DNA of 64,000 bases. Source: Eledone cirrhosa. Taxonomy: Eukaryota. Every line of letters starts with the position of its first letter. Position 1 is the stretch's first letter. Location of the stretch: assembly GCA_964016885.1 (NCBI GenBank), contig OZ024748.1, forward strand, positions 30,566,001-30,630,000, in the 5' to 3' direction. Below the pieces are notes generated by a model that was not told the DNA's origin, ran no database searches, and saw only the letters and a program-made list of their open reading frames with translations. Both the position numbers and the translations under genes were made by a program. Positions 54,918 to 64,000 of this stretch are shown here, piece after piece.

Positions 54918-55337
54918 ATTAGCCATAATCTATGCTATATTTTCAGCACACACCTGAGACATTATCAACACACAATTTTTTTTTCTCCAGACATGGAGTG
55001 GAAATAGTCTCAATTCCTCACACACATACATACAGGCGTATGTTATTCCCTGTTAGAGCCAGTTCTGCTATGACTATACATAAACCTCAGGGTCAGAGTT
55101 TCAAAGTTGTAGAATTGAATATGAGAGAATCGATTTTTACCTATGGTCAGTTATATGTAGGTTGTTCATGAGTGGGAACACCTAGAAATTTTCATATACT
55201 ATATACAAATGGTAAAACGAAGAATCTGGTGTTTCTCATATTGTAAACCAGACAACACATCCAATGCAGTTGTTTTCTCTTCTACCAGTCTTTTCTTATC
55301 ATCTGTTTACCCAGGCGAAGCTGGGTACCTCAGCTAG
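54918..55337 (+). mobile_element. Defective Helitron with PIF1 remnant
   Basis: FPVRASSAMTIHKPQGQSF..YGQLYVGCS*VG; 3' hairpin tacccagg-cgaa-gctgggta followed by CTAG|T. Confidence 0.8.
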
Positions 55338-55529
55338 TATATATATATATATATATATTTACTTATCCCTGAATTCTCTGCCTCTGTACACAACCATGCC
55401 AGCATAGAAAATCATGTTCACTTCATGCCCTACCCCTCACATAATACCACCCCAGACATCATTTACCCTATAGCCACCCCACACTTCCTCTAGTAACAGG
55501 CAAAGACTGCTTTCATCCCCTCAATTTTG

Positions 55530-55652
55530 CCAGCTGAGTGGACTGGAGCAATGAACAATAGAGTGTCTTGCTCAAGGACACAATGTGTCACTGCGAATCA
55601 AACTCCTGACTTTACAGTTTTGAGCTGAACACCCTAACCACTAAGCCATGTA
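55530..55652 (-). mobile_element. CORE-like tRNA-derived SINE
   Basis: Minus strand: TGGCTTAGTGG A box, gagtttgattcg B box, tgtgtccttgagcaagacact; a relative lies at about 49405-49515 (+). Confidence 0.6.
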
Positions 55653-55734
55653 TCTTCACTATACACACCACATATGCATATACATGCAATCATACTAAAA
55701 CACTAACACACATATTTTCTGTTTTATCTTGCAG

Positions 55735-55793
55735 GATTCATATGGCCATGTGTTTGTTGAGAAGATCAAATTTATGTACTTTGAAAAAGGCTG
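55735..55793 (+). CDS. ATP13A3: P5B-type ATPase exon (DSYGHVFVEKIKFMYFEKG)
   Basis: tcttgcag acceptor, gtaagt donor, phase 0/2, continues in frame. Confidence 0.8.
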
Positions 55794-55896
55794 GTAAGTT
55801 GTGTTGCTCTTGATAATATTTTGAATATATTAACTGTCTGTTGTACCATAGTTGTCTTTCTATAGTTGTCAATTTTAATGTCTGTTACTATTTCAG

Positions 55897-55981
55897 CTGT
55901 GTGGACTTGTACCACGGGGAACCCATTTACCCTGAAAATACTACAGAAACAGATGAGGTGGCAGCATTGGTTAACCAACAG
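55897..55981 (+). CDS. ATP13A3: P5B-type ATPase exon (CVDLYHGEPIYPENTTETDEVAALVNQQ)
   Basis: tttcag acceptor, gtaaat donor, phase 2/0 matching the previous exon; the gene presumably continues beyond the window. Confidence 0.75.
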
Positions 55982-57111
55982 GTAAATATTCTTCTTAACA
56001 GTCTTTGTGATGTCTTTTTGGTGGTCTTTGTGACCTTGCAACATCAGACATGGCACGCAAGAATCCTACAACCTGATTTTTCCTTGTAGAGAAAATCATT
56101 TTGTTGTTAACAGAGGTAGTAGTAGCTCTCTGAACCTTTTCTGCCCTATTCTTATTCTAGCTATGACCTTTCCTGAACCTAAAAAAAGCCAATCAATGGT
56201 CACAGCTGAAGCACTTTTGACCATAGGTCTGATCAATCGAAAGCTGACTTGGGGTTAAACAACAACAACACCCTCCTTCTAAAATAAATGGGATTATCTA
56301 CATCCCTTCTATATTGAGTTCCACAATTCTGTTATCTGATCACATTAGAGACAGATGTGTGTTGTATAAGTTTGTTTAAGAAAAATAAGATAATTTCTTA
56401 TTCCATGTCACCCCTCTAGTTATTTTAAAACTGCTTTAATTGCTAGGAGCGGCAGCAATTAATATAATTAGTTGCCATCGTTAAATTAATTGTTTAATTG
56501 ATGGGCCATATGAAAGACTCTGTTGGAGACAAAACTAAAGTATTTAACACCTCCCTCCCTACCCCTCTCTACTCTACTAACACACACATACATAGATATA
56601 CTTTCGCACACATTCAACATGCACTCACACCCACCCACATACACTCACTTGCACTCATAAACTCTCTCTTACATACATAGTTTCTACATGCACAGACACA
56701 CTCACCCATCCGCACACACTCAATCACACCCACATACCCAGTCTGACGCACACCCACGCACACTCATACTCACACATATATATATAACCCCCCACACTCA
56801 CACACATACACAAGCACTGGTGCAAAGTACAGAAACTACAATCAGTGCTGCTCCAATAAATGATTCACACACACAAATCACACACTTGTGTGCACACACA
56901 TTCACACGCATACATAAATGGGTCACATACACTTATACACACACACACACCTACATACACACATACATAAGTGGGTCATATACACATGCACACCTACACT
57001 TATGAATACACAAACACCAACACCTACACACATTACATAAGTGATCAACATGAAATTGTAAACCAGAGAAGTGATTAACTGTCTTAATAATTCTGAAATA
57101 GAAGTTGTCAT

Positions 57112-57565
57112 GGCAACATTAACCTTTTGAAGCTGGACTGAGCTGAGCTATTGGGCTATATCAGGCATGGGTAACCTTTAGAAGCTGGTTGGGCTGAGTT
57201 ATTAGGCTATATCAGGCATGGGTAACCTTTTGAAGCTGGACTGAGCTGAACTATTGGGCTATATCAGGCATGGGTAACCTTTTGAAGCTGGTTGAACTGA
57301 GCTATTGGGCTATATCAGGCATGGGTAACCTTTTGAAGCTGGTTTGGCTGAGCTACTGGGCTATGTCAGGCATGGGTAACTTTTGAAGCTGGTTTGGCTG
57401 AGCTACTGGGCTATATCAGGCATGGGTAACCTTTTGAAGCTGGTTTGGCTGAGCTACTGGGCTATATCAGGCATGGGTAACCTTTTGAAGCAGGTTGAAC
57501 TGAGCTATTGGGCTATGTCAGGCATGGGTAACTTTTGAAGCAGGTTGAACTGAGCTATTGGGCTA
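57112..57565. repeat. 51-bp minisatellite, about 9 units
   Basis: Unit cttttgaagctggtttggctgagctactgggctatatcaggcatgggtaac. Confidence 0.92.
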
Positions 57566-57567
57566 AA

Positions 57568-57712
57568 CTAGACGCGAGTAACCTTTTTCAAGAGGTGGCT
57601 CATCGTAAGCCGGGCCAGACTACTGAAAAGTTCAAGGCGAATTTGAAATTAGGAGTGCCATTCAGAAAACCAAACAGGCTGTATGGGGTTTGCGGGCCGC
57701 AGTTTACCCCTG
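57568..57712. mobile_element. Decayed hAT-like MITE
   Basis: Start tagacgcgagtaacctttt; end gcgggccgcagtttacccctg, resembling hAT MITE termini. Confidence 0.45.
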
Positions 57713-58389
57713 AATGGGCATCACCATCATTATCATTTTTACACTCACACACACGCACATATAATATATATATATATGTATTTACCTAGTTCAATTTATT
57801 TTTTATTATTTGCTGTACTGTATTTGTTTTCTATTTGAAAGCACACTGGTAGCGTGCTTTTAGCAATTGTCATATTTTTTAATGTGAATTTTCTGCCAAT
57901 GTGATTCTCTGTATTTGGTCAGACCTGGCTTACCTCCTCTTTGATTTGACATCACGTGTCACTAGAGGGCTTACTGCTACCTTCACTTGCCACCAGCAAC
58001 TGAGAGCTAGCACGCCATCTTTCCTTCACAGAGAGGTGCACTCCTGCTGATGAAACATCCCAAATGCCTAATTTTACGTAATGTGTTTATCATTACCTAA
58101 CATCCTGCACATAGCTGCACCTTCGGTATATATTTTTATACACACACATATATCCATGTCTTCTGAAAGGCAGTATGAAGCATATTTTCTAATAAAATGA
58201 TAATTCAATTTATAACAATTGAAAACAAGCTGCAATTGATTCTACATAATATTTATACTAAAGTAGTGCTGCTGGTGTTGAAGTATTCATTCAATTCTCA
58301 TACAAATTTTTGCTTACAATGCATTTAAATTGTTATTTGTAATTCACATATATTACTTTCCATTTTAATCAAATTACCTTCCATATTTT

Positions 58390-58650
58390 TCCTCCTCTTC
58401 CTCCTCTCTGGGAGGGTTTTGGGGACAGAGTCCTCAAACACTCCTAGCAGATCCTGTCAGAAGCAACTGTCTCCAATTGATCCGGCTGGATCCCCAAGCA
58501 CGACCAGCTGAGCTCATGGATGTTATCCAATCATCTTGCTGGGCGTCAACCACTGGGTCTACTCCCAGTTGCTTTTGCTTGTAAAATCTGTCCAGTAATT
58601 CATTTCTGAGACATTCTAACCAAATATCCGTAATATCGGAGCTGTGATCG
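58390..58650 (-). mobile_element. Old RTE (Expander/Rex3-like) 3' remnant
   Basis: Minus strand: G*RPAR*LDNIHELSWSCLGIQPDQLETVASDRIC*ECLRTLSPKP. Confidence 0.55.
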
Positions 58651-60564
58651 CCCAAAGTTGGAGAAGTAGCAGCTCTACCTTGAGTGACTCTCCAAATTTC
58701 CCTCTTGAAATTAAAATCTCAAACATCATCATCATCATCAATGGCAGCATTGTTGTCATTGTTATTTTTATGTTCGCTTTTCCATGCTCTAGTTCTCTTA
58801 TTAGGGAAGTTTACCAGATTCTCTCTGTGAGGGGTCTCAAGCACGCAGCCTGTAGTCTCCAAACTACTTTTCTATGACCTGTGGCAAAACAATTTTCATG
58901 ACTAATATTTTCCTAAAACTTAGTAATTTGTTCCTTTTGTATGTATGTATAACCCTTTAGCATTCACATTATTTTATATATACTATTATATTTTCATGGT
59001 AAAGGCTTTACCTCACATAATTATCTCACATAATATTGAATCTATGAGATTTTGAAAGTATTTATTTTGAGAACAATACCATAACATCAGTTTGAGTGAC
59101 CAGTTACAGCCAGTTTCAACAGAAAGAGGTAGAGAATTCTGGCCGGTTTTGGCTGGTTTAAAGAAAAATTGAAACGGAACATTTGTTCCTCTCATTTTGT
59201 ATTAATTCACATATGCGTATTGATTTTGATGGACCAGGGGACCACGTTTCACTTAATGTTTTAATTTTGGCATGGGTTCTACTGCGTGATCCTTCCTAAC
59301 ACAAACCACTTTACGCAGTGTATTGGGTGTAATTTATCATGTTACCAGTACTAGAGAAAATGTCATGTCTTAGACATACCTGAAGAACCTTCTCTATCCT
59401 TTTTTAGCATTGTTTCTATGATCGCCCTTCCTAAGAATGGTCACTTTACAGAATGAACTACGTACATCTGGTTGTGGTACCAGCATTATTTATATTTCAA
59501 ATAATACCATATCATATCATATATATAAATTTCACACAAATTAATTTCTTAAATTTCGTTTCATTGAAATTTTTATTTATATTTAGTATAAAGGAGAGGA
59601 TGCCAGTAAGGTAATAAAAAACATCTATGTATATTTTTCTTTCTGTTTTAAATATCTTCTGCTTGGATATTAATTTTCTCACTAACATAATTCATTTCTT
59701 CATTTCTCTTAGAATCTATAACTCCAAAGTAGTGGTTCTCAAACTTATGTCATTGCAGAACCTTTATATATTTATAAAATTTAGATACATAGATAGATTT
59801 AGATTTTTTAAGAAAGCAGCACTGGAAAGGACTATAAATGCCATAAATGAGAGGAAAAGGAAGGAAAAAGCAAGGACTATTAGGTAACAGAAAAAAGGAG
59901 GAAGGGGGGAGGGTGACAGACTCTACATCTAGGTCAGAGAGGTGTTTTGGCTGTGCCCCACTGACAAAATGGCATAGGCATTTCCACAGATAATGGCTAG
60001 CGACACCCACTGCAACAGTCACCCCTCCTCATGGGGCACTTTCCTTAGGCTGCTATCATTCCAATTTTACAGAGGAGGTTGATTTTCAAAAAGAGCTGCA
60101 GAACCCATATCTTTATTTTACATCCAGTCATCTTTCCACACCATCCTAATTTTAATAAGACATTAAATGAAGCAAAATTTGTTTCATATCAGTGGTTCTC
60201 AACTTTTTCACCACCCAAAACTTCTTTCACTTAACCTTTTCACTGCCCTATTTTTAGTTGAAAACACTATTTATGATTTTCAAATAAATTTGAAAATAAT
60301 GAAGAATTTAGAGGGTTTTAGTAATATAACTAACTTTCTTATTATTAAGCTGGTGTTTGGAAAATATCTTAAAGGGTCTTACATAAAATTACGATGGAAG
60401 CTTTTTAGTTGAATATAAACACTTTAAAATGAAAAGCTTCCTATCATAGAACCAGGGGTGGTTTCAGGGAGTTAAGTTGGTGTTTGGAACATAACTTAAT
60501 AAATATTCTTCTATAAAATTATGATGGAAGGTTTTTAAAAGAATTAATTTTGTAAACACACAGG

Positions 60565-62292
60565 TGTTGGCACAGCAGCATCATTGACAATTGCTACAAG
60601 AGTAAAGGAGATGCACTAGATAGAGGAAATTATAGAGTATAAATCTGATGGACCAGGTCATGAAAGTAACAGAAAGAGTTGTAGTACAGTTGATTAGGGA
60701 CCAGGTAAATCTAGATGAGATGCAGTTGGGGTTTGTGCCAGGCAAAAGCTCACTGATGCTCTCTTCCTTGTGAGGCAGTTACAGACAAAGTACCTAGCTA
60801 AAAGGGAACCACTCTACCTGGCATTTGTTGATTGTGTGCTCCGTGCAATAATCTGATGGGTTCTTAGAAAACTAGGAGTAGATGAGTAGCTTGTGAAGGC
60901 TGTACAAGCCAGGTATAGGGGAGCAATCAGCAAAGTTAGGGTTAACAATGACTATAGCGAGGAATTTAGCATACAGGTTGGCATCCACCAGGGTTCTGTT
61001 CTTATCCCTCTCCTGTTTATTATCATATTGCAAGCTGTAATAGAGGAGTTTAAGATCAGATGCCCATAGGAACTTCTGTATGCAGATTATCTTACACTTA
61101 TAGATGAATCTATGGTGGAACTAGAGAAGAAATTCCAAACATGCAAGCAGGGCCTAGAAAGAAGGGGTCTTAAAGTCAACCTGACAAAGATTAAGGTCCT
61201 AGTCAGTAGAAAATAGAACCCAGATCCCCTCAGGGAAATGGTCTTGCTCAGTATGTAGGAAAGGTGTAGGTAGAAATTCTATTCTCTGCCCCAAATGCAT
61301 ATTATGGGTACACAAGAGATGTAGTGGGATCTCAGGAAGTTTAGCTAAGAATGTAGGCTTACACTTGTAGAAGTTGCACTGGGAGAGTAAATAGCAAACA
61401 ACCACAGGAAACAAGCACTACCAAACTCTGGGAGGGCTCTGTAGAAACAGTAGACAGCTTCTGCTACCTGGGTGACCAAATTAGCAGCGGAGGTGGATGT
61501 TCTGAAAGTACAGTAGCCAGAGTAACAATGGGATGGAAGAAGTTCAGGGAGCTACTACCACTGCTAGCTACAAAAGGCTTTTCCCTCAGAATGAAAGGCA
61601 GACTGTATGATGCGTCCATACAAACAGCAATGTTGCATGGTAGTGAGACCTGGGTGCTGTGTGCAGAAGACACAGTCTTGTGTAGATTGTAAAAAATTGA
61701 AGCTTGCATGCTCCAATGGATGGTAATAGTAATATATGTGAACAGCAAAGCATAAACAAACTGATAGAGAGACTAGGCATAAGAGGAATTAAATGCTGTG
61801 TGCAGGAGAGGAAATTATGTTGGTATAGACATGTGATGCATATGAAAGATGACAGCTGCATAAAAAGGTGCCGAGCGCTCAAAGTCGATGGAAGACTTGG
61901 GATAAGGTGATAAAAGCTGACCATGCCCAATTGCACCTCTCAAAGGCGATGACACTGGACTGAGATCTCTGGTGTTACGCAGTAAGACAGATGATCTGCC
62001 TTCACATGGGCACAGGCCAAAGCTGAAGCGCATACACAGTATATGCCCCACTCATCCTCACTGTTCAACCTCACACTGTAAAGTGGTCATGTAGGCGACA
62101 CAACAAAAAGCACCCAATACTCACTGTAAATGAGGTTGGTGTTAGGAAGAGCATCCAGCTGTGGAAACCAAGCCAAAATCAGTTTTGTATGAACAAGACA
62201 TGGTCACCTGACCTAGCATTGCCGACAACAGAACAACTTGTCTAACCCATGCTAGCATGTAAAAATAGATGTAAAACAGTGATGATGATGAT
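60565..62292 (+). mobile_element. Decayed RTE LINE (long 3' UTR subfamily)
   Basis: Colinear with 36045-37797; GIHQGSVL, YAD, PHD-like finger; many stops; (GAT)n tail. Confidence 0.85.
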
Positions 62293-62489
62293 ATATATGT
62301 ATGTGTATGTGTGTATATATATATATATATTATATATATATTATATACACTGTAAACGTGGTTGGTGTTAGGAAAACCTGCCAGACAGTCCTATACGAGC
62401 AAGACAACCAATCTTGCCTCAAGTGGGACAATTCCTGTCTAAACCCATGCTAGCGTGGAAGATAGACGTTAAACGATGATGATGATGAT

Positions 62490-62532
<43 letters not shown>

Positions 62533-62557
62533 ATATATTATATATATATATATATAT

Positions 62558-62591
<34 letters not shown>

Positions 62592-62831
62592 ATATAATAT
62601 ATATATATTATATATATATATATAATATATATATATTATATATATATATATATATTATATAAATATATATCCTAGAAACGATCGTAAAATGATGAATTTT
62701 TTAATATAAGGAACTGTTTCTTTGTTTTTATTCATTATTTTTATTAATTTATATATATATATATTATATATATATATATTATATATATCTATATATATTA
62801 TATATATATATATATTATATATATATATATA

Positions 62832-63100
62832 TATTTATTAAAATAACAGATTAAAGTTTAAGCAAACAATCGCTGCTTTCACCCTTAACGGGATTTTCTG
62901 AAACTAAAAGAATCAATCTGTGAACACAGAAGTAAATATTAAGAAAAACAGGAAAACAATACTTTGGTTCGTGAAGACGTTCCCTGGCAATGAACGGAAA
63001 AAAGCGAAGATAATACATCGTTATGTGGAGCGATGAGAACAATTACATGCAAAGACAAAACCACATTTAAGGTATAAATGGAGTCATTAGACTAATATTC
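62832..63100 (-). mobile_element. Single diverged copy of the 30117 family
   Basis: Colinear with 30117-30400. Confidence 0.75.
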
Positions 63101-64000
63101 TATTTAGGAAACCGAATGATTCTCGGCTTCAGAGTTAAGAATAATGTAAATAAATTGGTTGAACAAAAATGACAGAGGTTATTAAAATCATAAAAGTAAT
63201 AATAATTAAATATATACATACATGCATCTATATACGTACATACACGTGCACACATACATAAACCAGTGCGACACATGTACTTGCACACATACGAACGTAT
63301 ACACCAAATACACATAAAAAAATATATATGTGTGTGTATACATATAATTATATAAAGGTATATAAATATACACACATAAATACGTATATAACGCACGCAC
63401 TCACATACCTACACGTAAAAACAGATATGTTCACCAAACATACGTCAACCAAAACACAACGTACACATATACACACCTTACATACGTGCAAACACGCATA
63501 CATGCACAAACACGTAATACACATATACACATATACCAGTATATATAATATAATATATACACCTATAAAAAATACAAGCATATATACGTATGAGAAAGTA
63601 TACGTACCTTCACAAAACATATGGGTAAGGTATACTTATCTATACAAATAAGTAATGGTATAAACATAAAATATACTTAGCAACCACATCAATACGTAAA
63701 TTATCCGCGTATTGTACGTACTATCCGTTAGGGTATAATGTGGGGCTGTAATACAGGAAAGTTTTATGCAATTTGTGTTTACAAGCCGAAATTGCCTCAG
63801 ATTTTTTGTTTAAGATGTAATCATTGGCATAGAGTATTCCCAGGGCTTCAGTGGTGCAAAGTTTGTAAGGTCTTTTATTTCCGATATACGATCTAGCTTT
63901 AGCTAGGATCTCCCAGTGTAACCTTTATTGGGTGTGGTTGTCTTTTCGACTCCAGATATAAGCTGAAAGTGACGTCATATTCCTTCTTAAAGGATTAAAA

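Noticed and set aside
57112-57565. CRISPR-like array
   Set aside because: The whole 51-bp unit is repeated; there are no spacers.

Overview
Eukaryotic, AT-rich animal DNA packed with (TA)n microsatellites. The SINE/LINE repertoire suggests an octopus-like cephalopod (inference). One host gene is visible on the + strand: the N-terminal exons of a P5B-type ATPase (ATP13A3-like) at 41889-41971, 50355-50522, 55735-55793 and 55897-55981, all phase-compatible, with a possible first coding exon at 3825-3840. The rest is mostly mobile DNA: an intact-ORF CR1-group LINE plus a young truncated sister copy, several RTE LINEs, Penelope-like (GIY-YIG) fragments, Helitrons, tRNA-derived SINEs, MITEs and two minisatellites. 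The strongest unexplained signal has two parts. First, I read about 14 type I hammerhead-ribozyme motifs with intact cores, plus degenerate ones, from roughly 9 unrelated sequence families. Second, many of them sit in fold-back (inverted) insertions in (TA)n with both 3' ends pointing outward; one instead sits in a retrozyme-like direct-repeat unit. All calls were made by eye; boundaries are approximate and no database search was run.
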